This document shows positions 9,846-20,279 of a DNA stretch of 64,000 nucleotides, piece after piece (position 1 is the first letter of the stretch; each line of letters begins with the position of its first letter). Made by a program: the position numbers and the translations under genes. Under the pieces are notes generated by a model. It was not told where the DNA came from and ran no database searches. It saw only the letters and a program-made list of their open reading frames with translations. This DNA comes from Methanothrix sp. GTDB lineage: Archaea; Halobacteriota; Methanosarcinia; Methanotrichales; Methanotrichaceae. Location of the stretch: assembly GCA_963682135.1 (NCBI GenBank), contig OY821645.1, forward strand, positions 2,816,001-2,880,000. Reading direction: 5' to 3'.

Positions 9846-11547
9846 AAGAGCTTTACGAGATACTAACCGAGGCTTTGGAGAACGATCCACCGCCAAAAGT
9901 CAGAAAGACTTTAAGGAAATTGGCGCAAGAGGCGCTTCGGCACGGGATCGGGAAAGAGTACTCGGTTCCTCGCTATTTCAAGTGGGTAGATTGAACTGCA
10001 ATTTTCCCCTTCTTAGATATATAATTAGTATTAGATTCTTCGTTGTTCTGAAGCCTCTTGCACAGCTCTTCGCCGATTGAACCATGCTATTTATCCCTTC
10101 CAAAACGCCGTTCGAGATTTTGGTTTCTGCGTAATTTACTATTCCATTCCAATGAGACTTAATGGTTTTAGCAGCATCAATAATCGGTTCTATTTGGCTA
10201 TGTGTTGCCCAATAATACCATTTCTTGAGGAAATCCTCAGCAAGGTTCTTATCATTAAAAGTCCAGAAGTTTTTCAGACTAAGCTTGAAATTATATGCTT
10301 TTGTTGTCATCAAATTCATGTCTTTAAGAGATCCAAGCTTTTCTTTTTGAGCTAATGAGAGGCCGGTTGGGTTTTTAAGCCATACATATCGAGCATTCTT
10401 TAGCTCTTCATTATGGTGTTGCTACTCGCGGCGTACTTGATCTATTGCCTCATTGACCATCTTTATGACGTGAAATTTATCAAAAGTTAGGGACGATCTG
10501 GCAAACTGTTCCGTTATCCCTGATATGAATGCAGGAGACATATCCGAACACAACATCTCAATATTTTCCGATGCGCCATTGTGATCCTCAAGGTCTTTCT
10601 TGAATGAACCGATAACACTCGCGTCCTTGCCCTCGCATACGTATAGAACTTTATTATTATCGAGATCAACGAATAGCGATACATATTTATGAAATTTAGC
10701 ACAGAATGTTTCATCTACGCCTACTATTTTTACTTGCGAATAATCATTCTTAGACCACGAATCAGGAATATAATATGACAAAACCCTCCAAATCCTTGTA
10801 TCATGTTAATCTATTATTTCAGCTACGGCACTAATTGGCATATTCTGGGCAAGAAGCAGTATTAGAGCATCCATTAGCAATGTGAAACCGGTGCTCCTCC
10901 TGGCCCAAGGAACATCAATCAATCTGATTGATCCGCATTTCTGGCAAATTGTGCGCGGCACTCTGGCATGGATATACGCCTTAAATTGGAAAAAATTGAG
11001 GTGCCGCCATACTCGTTCCTTTGTGTCATGAATGCAATTATTCGGGGATCTGCAATTTGAGCATTCAATTCGACTGCCCGGAATGAAATCGATATGAATA
11101 TCTATCTGTTTCTTAGCACCACTAAATTCTATAGATTTAATATACCACGGGTCTTGGAGAGTCAACGCAAGCTTGAAAGGTCTTCCTGAGATAGAGTCAC
11201 GCATAATAATTCAGGAAATGAGATTATTAAACCTTACCCCATACCCACTTAGAACAGCGAGGAACCGAGTACTCTATCGAGGAAGTCCGGAAATATATCG
11301 GGAAAATCAACAACGGGTTTGACTACTGGTTCACGTTTATCATTAATCCTGGTGTAGAGCCGACCAATAATCGAGCAGAGAGAGCTTTGCGGCCACATGT
11401 GGTTTTGAGAAAGATCTTGGGCACGCTTCGCAATGATAAAGGAACATCGATTCATGAGCGAATCATGACGACACTGGCAACCTGGGGACAGAGAGGATTG
11501 AATTGTCTCCAAATGCCAACCGAGAAGCTGGCCAGCTAAACACATAC
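9846..11547 (+). mobile_element. IS66 C-terminal remnant interrupted by ISL3
   Basis: Frame continues across the ISL3 to VEPTNNRAERALRPHVVLRKILG...LAS*. Terminal AGCTAAACACATAC at 11534-11547. Confidence 0.75.
9964..11266 (-). mobile_element. ISL3-family element with decayed transposase
   Basis: Imperfect TIRs GGTTCCTCGCT..AAGTGGG / CCCACTT..AGCGAGGAACC. 8-bp TSD GAGTACTC at 9956-9963 and 11267-11274. Fragments WRHLNFFQ, GVDET, SDMSPAF, DKFHVIK, SNGVLEGIN. Confidence 0.92.
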
Positions 11548-11877
11548 GATTCTTCTAATACCTGCAAGCGTCCTCTGCAAGAAAGGCCCATATCCCAATA
11601 CTAAGACCCAGAAAAAGACTTTAGGAGAGATCCTTCGTTCTCTTTTGATAAATCCAGTTCTCTTTGCAGCTTCTCGAAGCCATTTTACAGAAAACATGAT
11701 GCACAGACTTTTCACAAAAATATCTACATTATCGCATACTTTTTCCTTTGTCATGATAGCTAATTCCTCTCAGAAAATAAGATTATAGTAGTAATATAAA
11801 AAACTTATCCTGACAAATTTTCTTTCGAGAATAATATGCATCTAATTTTAAAAATAGGCCTTAACCGATGACCAATG
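11548..11877 (-). mobile_element. IS4-family (ISH8-like) left-end remnant
   Basis: LREAAKRTGFIKRERRI N-terminus and an end resembling CATTGGTCATCGGTTAAGG. Cut by the IS66 end. Confidence 0.65.
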
Positions 11878-11936
11878 AACTTACACATATATGCTATGAG
11901 GAAATGAAACTATGGACATCTATTTTAAACGCAATA

Positions 11937-11979
11937 CTACGCAGCTTGCCGCGCGTGGGGTGCACCGCAGCAGTTTCAC
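11937..11979 (-). repeat. GCAGCAAGCTGC-type IS200/IS605-like palindromic end
   Basis: Reverse complement GTGAAACTGCTGCGGTGCACCCCACGCGCGGCAAGCTGCG matches 26727 and 28604. Confidence 0.7.
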
Positions 11980-12003
11980 TCTGAGTCATGTGAGGAATAG
12001 GTT

Positions 12004-13185
12004 ATGAAAATTCTGCAAGTTACTAATTTTTTTAAACCCTCGTGGGAATCGGGCGGCCCCGCAAGGATGGCTTATGAACTATCTATTAAATTTATTAAAA
12101 GGGGACATGAAGTAACCGTATATACTACAGATGGATATAAATCGAAATTAAATGTCGAGACGAATAAGCAAGTTAACGTTGATGGTATTAGAACATACTA
12201 TTTTCGTAGTCTTTCGGATATCATAACGCAAAAATTGAATCTTCCTATTTCGTATTATTCTCCGTTTGTTGCAATGAAAGAAATTAATGGTTATGATATT
12301 ATTTTTATTTATGATTTTCGTACAATATTATCACTAGTTGTCACCTATTATGCAAATAAATTTAACGTACCGTATGTTCTATTACCCTATGGTTCGCTTC
12401 CCAAAACAATGGGATTTAAAGGATTATGTAAAGCGATTTATGATATTCCGTTCGGTTACAATATGCTAAAAAAATGTCGCAAAATAATCGCCCAAAATAA
12501 TCATGAAAAGCTGGTATGTAGAAATTATGGAATAGACGAAGGAAAAATTGTTCTTATTCCATTAGGGGTAAATCTTTCAGATTTTAATGAATTGCCTGCT
12601 AAAGGTTATTTTAGGGCCAGCTATTCGATTTCCCCAGATGAAAAAATCATATTATTTCTCGGAAGAATTCATCCGAATAAAGGTATTGCTATATTAATAA
12701 ACGCTATTTCTCAAATCCTTAAGCAAGGCTGGAAACTTAGACTGATAATTGTAGGAAATGACGATGGATTTCTAGCTGATGCTATGAATTTAGTAGACGC
12801 CCTTGGGATTAGCGATAGAGTCTTATTCCCAGGCCCTATATATGATAAGACCAGAATACGAGCGTATATCGATGCAGACGTCTTTGTTTTAACGCCTTCT
12901 TTTTACGAAGAGACCTCATTAGCAGTCTTGGAAGCATGCGCTGCTGGTATACCTGTAATAATCACTGCGCAAAATGAAATTCCACAATTTAAATCATATA
13001 ATGCGGGAATTATGATTAATTATGATCAGCTTGAATTACAGGCCGCACTCATAAAGCTAATTACCGACGATGTTTTGCGGACAACTATGGGCAAAAATGC
13101 TCGAAAAATGATCCAAGAACTGTTTAATTTGGATTCCGTTGCAGATGAAATGGAAAATATACTTACAATTAGAGATGATGAATAA
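12004..13185 (+). CDS. Glycosyltransferase family 4
   Basis: MKILQVT..SGGP, FLGRIHPNKG, EETSLAVLEACAAGIPV. Confidence 0.92.
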   Translation: MKILQVTNFFKPSWESGGPARMAYELSIKFIKRGHEVTVYTTDGYKSKLNVETNKQVNVDGIRTYYFRSLSDIITQKLNLPISYYSPFVAMKEINGYDIIFIYDFRTILSLVVTYYANKFNVPYVLLPYGSLPKTMGFKGLCKAIYDIPFGYNMLKKCRKIIAQNNHEKLVCRNYGIDEGKIVLIPLGVNLSDFNELPAKGYFRASYSISPDEKIILFLGRIHPNKGIAILINAISQILKQGWKLRLIIVGNDDGFLADAMNLVDALGISDRVLFPGPIYDKTRIRAYIDADVFVLTPSFYEETSLAVLEACAAGIPVIITAQNEIPQFKSYNAGIMINYDQLELQAALIKLITDDVLRTTMGKNARKMIQELFNLDSVADEMENILTIRDDE

Positions 13186-13211
13186 ACATTTAGAGGATAT
13201 AGGGAAATGAA

Positions 13212-14207
13212 ATGATAGAATTAAAACAATTCTTTAAGAACAAAAATGTTCTCATAACTGGTGGCTTAGGATTCATTGGCTCAAACTTGGCTCATAGTCT
13301 AGTTGATCTTGGAGCCAACATACTTCTTGTAGATAGTCTTATTCCAGAATATGGTGGAAATACTTATAATGTTGAACATATCAATGATGCCGTCAGAATT
13401 AATGTTTCGGATATCCGCGATGAATATAGTATGCGTTATCTTATTCAAGGCCAAGATTATTTATTTAACCTTGCAGGGCAAACTAGCCATATAGATTCGA
13501 TGCAAAACCCCTATGCAGATCTAGAAATTAATTGCCATGCACAGCTTTCGCTACTTGAATCATGTAGGAAATATAACTCTAATATTAAAATCGTATTTGC
13601 GAGTACCAGACAGATTTATGGAAAGCCTAATTATCTTCCGGTTGATGAAAGACATATCCTTCAGCCAACTGATGTAAATGGAATAAATAAAATGGCAGGG
13701 GAATGGTACCATGTACTTTATAATAATGTTTACGGAATTAAAGCTTGCGTTCTAAGGCTTACAAACACCTACGGGCCACGCATGAGAATAATGGATGCTC
13801 GGCAGACATTTCTGGGTATTTGGATTCGCTTATTAGTTGAGAATAAACCATTTGATGTTTATGGTGATGGTACTCAAATTCGTGATTTTAATTATGTAGA
13901 TGATGTTGTTAATGCATTATTATTGGCTGCGTCTTGCAACACCGCAAATGGTGACGTATTCAACTTAGGATCTAGTGAAAAAATATCACTCAAAGAACTT
14001 GCACAAATGCTAATTAAAATCAACGGTCAGGGCATCTATCGAGTTATTCCATTTCCTCTGGATCGCAAGGTCATAGATATTGGCAATTATTATGCAGATT
14101 ACAGCAAGATTACCTCGATAATGGGCTGGGCACCAAAGATATCCTTATCTCAAGGGCTTGCAAATACTCTACATTATTATCAAAAATATTACAAGTATTA
14201 TGTTTGA
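13212..14207 (+). CDS. NAD-dependent nucleotide-sugar epimerase/dehydratase
   Basis: ITGGLGFIGSNL, RLTNTYGP, RDFNYVDD. Confidence 0.9.
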   Translation: MIELKQFFKNKNVLITGGLGFIGSNLAHSLVDLGANILLVDSLIPEYGGNTYNVEHINDAVRINVSDIRDEYSMRYLIQGQDYLFNLAGQTSHIDSMQNPYADLEINCHAQLSLLESCRKYNSNIKIVFASTRQIYGKPNYLPVDERHILQPTDVNGINKMAGEWYHVLYNNVYGIKACVLRLTNTYGPRMRIMDARQTFLGIWIRLLVENKPFDVYGDGTQIRDFNYVDDVVNALLLAASCNTANGDVFNLGSSEKISLKELAQMLIKINGQGIYRVIPFPLDRKVIDIGNYYADYSKITSIMGWAPKISLSQGLANTLHYYQKYYKYYV

Positions 14208-14364
14208 TATATTATTATAATATGTAGTTAGCATAATATTTATATAATGAGCACAAAATGCGAATTTTGCTCTAAGACTATTTCATTGCCACATCATTTT
14301 GGAAGCCATATACTAATACTAAATCATTGATCCACAATATCGTGTTCTTTGGAGGAATGATTTT

Positions 14365-15459
14365 ATGATACCAATGATAGATTTGCGAAAGCAATACGAT
14401 TCTATTAAAGAAGATATTGATAAAGCTATTAACAGTGTCATTGAAAACGGCCAGTTTATACTGGGTGAAAATGTAAGCCTATTTGAAACCGAATTTGCTA
14501 ATTATTGTAATGTAAATTACGGGGTAGGAGTGTCATCAGGTACTGATGCGATCCATTTAGCTTTGCTTGCATGCGACGTAAAAAAAGGCGATGAAGTAAT
14601 AACCGTTTCTAACACTGCAACACCTACGGTTTTGGCAATATCCTATACAGGAGCTAAACCTGTATTTATTGATATAGACCCACTTACACACAATATGGAT
14701 ATATCCCTGGTGGAGAAAGCCATAACAGAAAGGACTAAAGCCATCATCCCAATTCATTTATTTGGGCAGCCCGTAAATATGGGCCCTATAATGGACCTAA
14801 AAAACAAATATAATTTAAAAATTATTGAAGATGCGTGCCAAGCTCATGGTGCTGAGTATCATGGTAAAAAAGTAGGTAGTATCGGAGACGCGGGATGTTT
14901 TAGTTTTTATCCTACAAAAAATTTGGGCGCGTATGGAGATGGGGGAATGGTTGTCACAAACGACGAAGAATTTACTGAATCGATCAGACTAATGAGGAAT
15001 TATGGCCAGCAAAAAATGTATAATAGTCTAATCAAAGGTTATAATAATCGACTTGACGAGATTCAAGCAGCAATACTTCGAGTAAAGTTGAAAAAATTAG
15101 ATCGTTGGAACGAACAGAGAAGAAGTAATGCAAAGATATATAACAATATTTTACGAGATTCCAATGTGATTACGCCTGTTGAAAAAGTCTGTTCGAAACA
15201 TGTATACCATTTATATGTCATTAGGGTCAAAGATAGGGACAAATTACAAAATATGCTAAATGCCAATGAGATATTTACGAATATTCACTATCCAATTCCC
15301 GTCCATTTACAAAAAGCATTCAGTGATCTTATGATCGGGCAGGGATCTCTTCCTATTACTGAAGAATATGCTAAACAGGTGTTGTCTCTTCCTATGTTCC
15401 CAGAATTAAACCATGAAGAAATAGAGAAAATTTCGTATTTAATATCTAATTTTCGATAG
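14365..15459 (+). CDS. DegT/DnrJ/EryC1/StrS sugar aminotransferase
   Basis: [29 protein letters not shown] (PLP lysine), NRLDEIQAA. Confidence 0.95.
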   Translation: MIPMIDLRKQYDSIKEDIDKAINSVIENGQFILGENVSLFETEFANYCNVNYGVGVSSGTDAIHLALLACDVKKGDEVITVSNTATPTVLAISYTGAKPVFIDIDPLTHNMDISLVEKAITERTKAIIPIHLFGQPVNMGPIMDLKNKYNLKIIEDACQAHGAEYHGKKVGSIGDAGCFSFYPTKNLGAYGDGGMVVTNDEEFTESIRLMRNYGQQKMYNSLIKGYNNRLDEIQAAILRVKLKKLDRWNEQRRSNAKIYNNILRDSNVITPVEKVCSKHVYHLYVIRVKDRDKLQNMLNANEIFTNIHYPIPVHLQKAFSDLMIGQGSLPITEEYAKQVLSLPMFPELNHEEIEKISYLISNFR

Positions 15460-15476
15460 TTTGCATTTGGTGTGCA

Positions 15477-16667
15477 ATGAAAATAGTTCACGTTATGAAT
15501 TGGTACATCCCAGGAATGGGATATCAAGAAAATTCTTTACCATTTGAGCAAAAGATGCATGGGTACGATGTAGAGATTATAACTTCGGATAGGTTTCCCG
15601 CATTGGAAGGTTATGATAGACATATCGGACGAATCAGAGGAAATAGAATAATTGGTCCTGGGATCTACGAAGACAATGGCATGACCATTCATAGGTTACC
15701 AGCAATTCTTGAAATCAAGGATGGGGGTCAAATATTATTAAAAGGACTAAAGAATAAATTAAAAAGCTTAAAACCAGATATAGTGCAGGCACATGGAGCT
15801 TTTTGTCCTCTGACTTTACAATCTGTGTTTTATAGTAGGGAATTAGGTTATAAGATTTTTGTAGATGATCATACAAACAAAGACAATTTTCGATTAGATT
15901 CTTTAATTAAAAAAATATACATTTATATGGTAATCAAGTTCTACTCAAAATATAGTGAACGTGTTAGTTATTGGATGCCCGTTACTTTCGGCTCAATCGA
16001 AGTATTAGATGCCTTTTTAAGGATTGAAAGATCAAAGATCAAATTAACGCCGTTGGGCGTTGACTCAACACGTTTCTATGAATCTAATGATTTAAGATGT
16101 CTAGGAAGGACAGAATTGGGCATAGAAAATGAAATATTAATTGTTTCCGCGGGTAAATTTAACGAACATAAGGATATAGATGTTCTAATTAAAGCTTTTA
16201 ATGAAGTCGCCGAAAAACATCCCACGGTTAAACTTCTTCTTATAGGCGATGGGCCAATGGATTACATGAGAAAACTTAAAAGCGTAATAGACTTATATTT
16301 ATTAAATGATAAAATTCTATTTAAAGATTTTGTTGAGAATTCAGAATTGCCTAAATATTACAATGCTGCAGATATTGGAGTGTGGCCGGGAGATGCTTCA
16401 ATTACTGTAATAGAAGCACTTGCAACCGGATTGCCTATATTGTTACCACAACAGGATTCCAATTATGGAATTATTTTTAACTGCAGTGCAGCACAAGGAT
16501 TCAAAAGAGGAGATTTTAGTTCTCTCGCGCTCATGATTATGGAACTAATTGAAAATGAGAATTTCAGAAAATATATCAGCAGTAATGGCAAAGAACTTAT
16601 ATCGAAAAAGCTTTCGTGGGAAAAAATCGCTGAGCATACTATCTCGTTGTATTTTAATAATTTTTAA
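15477..16667 (+). CDS. Glycosyltransferase family 4
   Basis: GYQEN, YNAADIGVWPG, IEALATGLP. Confidence 0.88.
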   Translation: MKIVHVMNWYIPGMGYQENSLPFEQKMHGYDVEIITSDRFPALEGYDRHIGRIRGNRIIGPGIYEDNGMTIHRLPAILEIKDGGQILLKGLKNKLKSLKPDIVQAHGAFCPLTLQSVFYSRELGYKIFVDDHTNKDNFRLDSLIKKIYIYMVIKFYSKYSERVSYWMPVTFGSIEVLDAFLRIERSKIKLTPLGVDSTRFYESNDLRCLGRTELGIENEILIVSAGKFNEHKDIDVLIKAFNEVAEKHPTVKLLLIGDGPMDYMRKLKSVIDLYLLNDKILFKDFVENSELPKYYNAADIGVWPGDASITVIEALATGLPILLPQQDSNYGIIFNCSAAQGFKRGDFSSLALMIMELIENENFRKYISSNGKELISKKLSWEKIAEHTISLYFNNF

Positions 16668-16782
16668 TAAGATATCTAATCTTGGAGCGGGAGCGTTAAT
16701 ATAATGCTCAAATGGTCTGCTTAATTAAACTAAATTGTATATTTAATATTCCATCTATTAAACTAGATACCATCGGAAATAT

Positions 16783-18420
16783 TTGCAGTTGCTAGCTCTA
16801 ATCCAAAATGTGGGATATATGAACTCATACATTATATATATATTTGTAGTTTGTTTGCTTCTATCCTCAGTATTACTGCTAATTAGGGATTTCGAATATA
16901 AGTATTATGTTTTATCCTTATTGGTATATATATCGTTTTTAATCATATATCCGCAATTACTTTCTCCGTATATAATTGGTGTAGATTCTCATTTTGAACG
17001 AGCAATGGTTGAATTAACTTTAACTAAAGGCCAATGGTATAGTGATCTTCCTGAAAATTTAGTCAATGCAGCGTTGTCGATCTGCATATTTGCCCCTATT
17101 ATTTCGCTTGTAAGCGGGCTTTCCGTTGACATAGTATTAAAGTTTATCTTATCGATTTATCCAATAATTTCAATTGCAATTATATGGTTATTCAACAAAA
17201 AAATATTCAGTTTTACAAATAAAGAGGCATTCATTTCGCTTCTATTTCTCATAGGCTCTAGCCAATATATGCAATTATCTATTTATGGTCGTCAAGAGGT
17301 TGCGTTTTTTCCTGCATTATTATTTATCTATTTAATATCTATAAAGAATCATTTTGCGCGATTCAAAATAGTATGCTTATTATTGCTGATTGGCTTAGTA
17401 ATCTCTCATTATGCCTCTTCTTTATTTTTGATTACTATTTTTATTACTAGCAGCCTGATAACGAGTTTGGTAGCGAAATCACATGGGCGATATAATGCCT
17501 GTTTAGAATTTGCTCTTATTAGCTTAGTTCTGGTGATCTTTTGGCTTCTATTCGTAGTCAATGTGACTAAAGTGAGTATTATAGTTTCTGCCCATAATGC
17601 CTTACTTGGTGTGATAGAATTTAATACCGGAAATATATCACCAGGAGCAGCGGATTCACTGAATCCTTCGTTCGTAGATATATTCTTTAAAATAAATTAC
17701 GTTATTAATATTATGACTTCTATATTAATATCATTGGGTATATTATTTACTATATATAGAACTGTATTAAATGAAAAAGTTGAATCGTATGTAATAACAA
17801 AATATCTATTTTTTTCAGCTTTATTAGTTTTTTTTGTTTTCAGCACTTTTTTACCTACCGTCTCTCTTTTTTATTGGCCTGAGCGCTCCTATATTTTATT
17901 ATTATTATTTTGCAATGGATTTTTAATTATTGGATTTCGAAATATCGTAGGAATTGTGTGGTCACACTCTGCAACAATTGATAGAAATCACAGCTTATAT
18001 GTTGGCAATATTATTATTATGTTAATTTCTATAATAGTTTTATCACATTTAGTTCTTCAGATTGGACTGCCTACTCAGCTCGTATACGGGCATGTGGATA
18101 GTAAATATTTTACAGATATTAAAAATAACCATTATACATTAGCCGAAGAGGTGGATGCAGTCGATTGGCTAAATGACTATAAAGCTGAAAACAGTACAGT
18201 ATTTACGAGTTTATATGGCAGAGGCATCTTGCCTTTAACAAGCTATGGAATGCTCAAATCCAGCAATATTATTACATTTAATTCGATTGAGAATATACCA
18301 AGATCTTCACAAAGAAATCACATATATATGCAGAAAGAAGGATTTATTAGATATGGAACAGATATTGTTAAAGAGTCAAATATATATAATTCGTATACAG
18401 CAAAAATATTCCTCGCCTAA
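16783..18420 (+). CDS. Polytopic membrane protein (DUF2206-like, glycosylation associated)
   Basis: Many TM segments with GVDSHFE, RQEVA and GLVISHY motifs. Start uncertain. Confidence 0.6.
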   Translation: MQLLALIQNVGYMNSYIIYIFVVCLLLSSVLLLIRDFEYKYYVLSLLVYISFLIIYPQLLSPYIIGVDSHFERAMVELTLTKGQWYSDLPENLVNAALSICIFAPIISLVSGLSVDIVLKFILSIYPIISIAIIWLFNKKIFSFTNKEAFISLLFLIGSSQYMQLSIYGRQEVAFFPALLFIYLISIKNHFARFKIVCLLLLIGLVISHYASSLFLITIFITSSLITSLVAKSHGRYNACLEFALISLVLVIFWLLFVVNVTKVSIIVSAHNALLGVIEFNTGNISPGAADSLNPSFVDIFFKINYVINIMTSILISLGILFTIYRTVLNEKVESYVITKYLFFSALLVFFVFSTFLPTVSLFYWPERSYILLLLFCNGFLIIGFRNIVGIVWSHSATIDRNHSLYVGNIIIMLISIIVLSHLVLQIGLPTQLVYGHVDSKYFTDIKNNHYTLAEEVDAVDWLNDYKAENSTVFTSLYGRGILPLTSYGMLKSSNIITFNSIENIPRSSQRNHIYMQKEGFIRYGTDIVKESNIYNSYTAKIFLA

Positions 18421-18702
18421 TTTTTAGTTCCGAGAATGAGCATAACAATAAACAATATCTTCGATCATAGTTGATTGATTCGCCCTAGAAACCTTCAAAT
18501 TTCGTCCTCTCTTTTTATACCTAATCTAAAGAGGATGACAAAATCAGAGGTTAACATGAATCCTCGATTGGCTAATGGTCTCATAAACGAAAACCAATGG
18601 ATCTGGACATCAAGCTCGGATATGAAACGCCCATGCGCCCCAGGCAGAGGCTCACACGTGACGGATGGAAAACCACATATTGTAATCCGTTCACGTTAAA
18701 TG

Positions 18703-18848
18703 TGGTTATGGGCAGTGAAGGCTGACAAGTTTATGGGACGGCTGATCCCGCGATTGAAACGAGCCAAGATCCCCCGAATACGGGACTGCGTCATAGAACG
18801 CGTATGGGAAATTATCTCATATCAGGGAAACATCATCTGCCCATACCA
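18703..18848 (+). ncRNA. Candidate IS110 bridge RNA in left non-coding end
   Basis: Closing stem TGGTTATGGGCAGTGA / TCATCTGCCCATACCA. Internal ATGGGAAA (18804-18811) copies the predicted circle junction. Inference from IS110 biology. Confidence 0.5.
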
Positions 18849-18855
18849 GGCAGAA

Positions 18856-20181
18856 ATGTATATGAAAAAACGAAGAGATAGAGTTTGCGGTGCAGATGTC
18901 CATAAAGATTTGATCGTGGCAACAATAACAGGCGATGATTTTCAACCGATTCGAATGGATTTTGGGACAACGAAAACTGAACTTAGGAAATTTCGCAAAT
19001 GGCTGGTAGCCAACAAATGCGAACAGGTGGCATTTGAGGCTACTGGAGTCTATTGGATACCGATCTATGATGCATTGAGCAAAACCATAGATACAATCGT
19101 TGCCAATCCGTTGCAGATAAAGACTATTCCCAACGACAAATCTGATTCAAAAGACTCAAAGCGGATTGCATCTCTTTGCCTGAACAATCAAATCAAGCGC
19201 TCTAGGGTATTTACCAATGAAGACCGAGATCTCAGGACTCTAACTCGAGCCAGGTCCGGATATGTCAAGACACGAACTCAGTTCCGGAATCGGATACACA
19301 AATACCTTTCATCATGCGGGATCAAACTCAGTTCTTGCATGGACGACATATTCTGCAAATCCGGCAGATATATTTTGGACGGTCTGGCAAAAAAGAAGTC
19401 CATCGAGAAGATCTTGAAAGGCATCCCATCCGGAAAAATAAGGAAAAAGCAAGACGAAATTAGGGTAGCACTTGAAAGAAGTCTTGATGATACAAACAGA
19501 ATGCTCTTAATAGATGCCCTGGAATTCATTGATAATCTCGAATCCAAAATAGAAAAGCTGAGCCATGAGGTCCTGAAAAAGATTCAGCAGAAGAGCAAAG
19601 ACCTGGCCATCGTCATGTCAATTCCAGGAATTGGATTCGTATCCGCATCGGCCATATTGTCTGAAATTGGAAATTACCGTGATTTTCAGACACCTGACCA
19701 ACTCGCTAAATGGTGCGGCCTCAATCCTGGAGAAAGCGAATCTGCGGGCAAAAAGAAAAAATGCGGAATTACAAAGAAGGGTTCCAAGTACATTAGAGTT
19801 ATGCTGGTTCAGGCTGCAAAGACCATCGGAAGAATGAAAAATACACGGCTTTCCAGGTTCTTCCAGAGGTTGGTCAAAAAGAAGGAGCCAAATGTAGCCA
19901 CTATTGCTGTAGCCAGGAAGCTTATCTGTCTCATTCATCATCTTCTTATCAACCAGGAGCTGTATCAGGAAGGTGAATGCAGATCGAGAGGAGCAAGTCA
20001 GGATAAGTCCTGCCAGGCACCTTCATTTCAGGATGAGCAATTGACGGATAGAGTAGCTGCAATTGTGGACGCCTTTTATCACCTGAAAGAGGGCAGCAGG
20101 AAGAATGCTCTTATGCGTGAGCTTGGAGCCATTTCTATAACAAAACCCGGCCAGAAAAGGCCATCCGGGGGAGGTGAATAG
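18856..20181 (+). CDS. IS110 recombinase/transposase
   Basis: DEDD RuvC-like motifs GADVHK, FEATG, KSDSKDS, plus C-terminal IPGIG...GLNPGESESAGK. Confidence 0.93.
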   Translation: MYMKKRRDRVCGADVHKDLIVATITGDDFQPIRMDFGTTKTELRKFRKWLVANKCEQVAFEATGVYWIPIYDALSKTIDTIVANPLQIKTIPNDKSDSKDSKRIASLCLNNQIKRSRVFTNEDRDLRTLTRARSGYVKTRTQFRNRIHKYLSSCGIKLSSCMDDIFCKSGRYILDGLAKKKSIEKILKGIPSGKIRKKQDEIRVALERSLDDTNRMLLIDALEFIDNLESKIEKLSHEVLKKIQQKSKDLAIVMSIPGIGFVSASAILSEIGNYRDFQTPDQLAKWCGLNPGESESAGKKKKCGITKKGSKYIRVMLVQAAKTIGRMKNTRLSRFFQRLVKKKEPNVATIAVARKLICLIHHLLINQELYQEGECRSRGASQDKSCQAPSFQDEQLTDRVAAIVDAFYHLKEGSRKNALMRELGAISITKPGQKRPSGGGE

Positions 20182-20279
20182 GTCGCCTCCTGATTATGAT
20201 TTATGTGGTTTTCCATGGGAAATCTAATTCACTACCCGCAATACGATATATGGAGAAAACGATGTATTCATTTAGTGAT

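Larger units (their letters stand above)
18627..20221 (+). mobile_element. Intact IS110-family element (~1.6 kb)
   Basis: Ends AA|ACGCCCATG ... CATGGG|AA. Perfect 15-bp sub-terminal IR ATGGAAAACCACATA at 18665-18679 and 20202-20216. No long TSD. Confidence 0.85.

Noticed and set aside
18700-18855. ORF-track N-terminal extension of the IS110 transposase
   Set aside because: The family motif starts near 18856 and the region is better read as the structured non-coding end.
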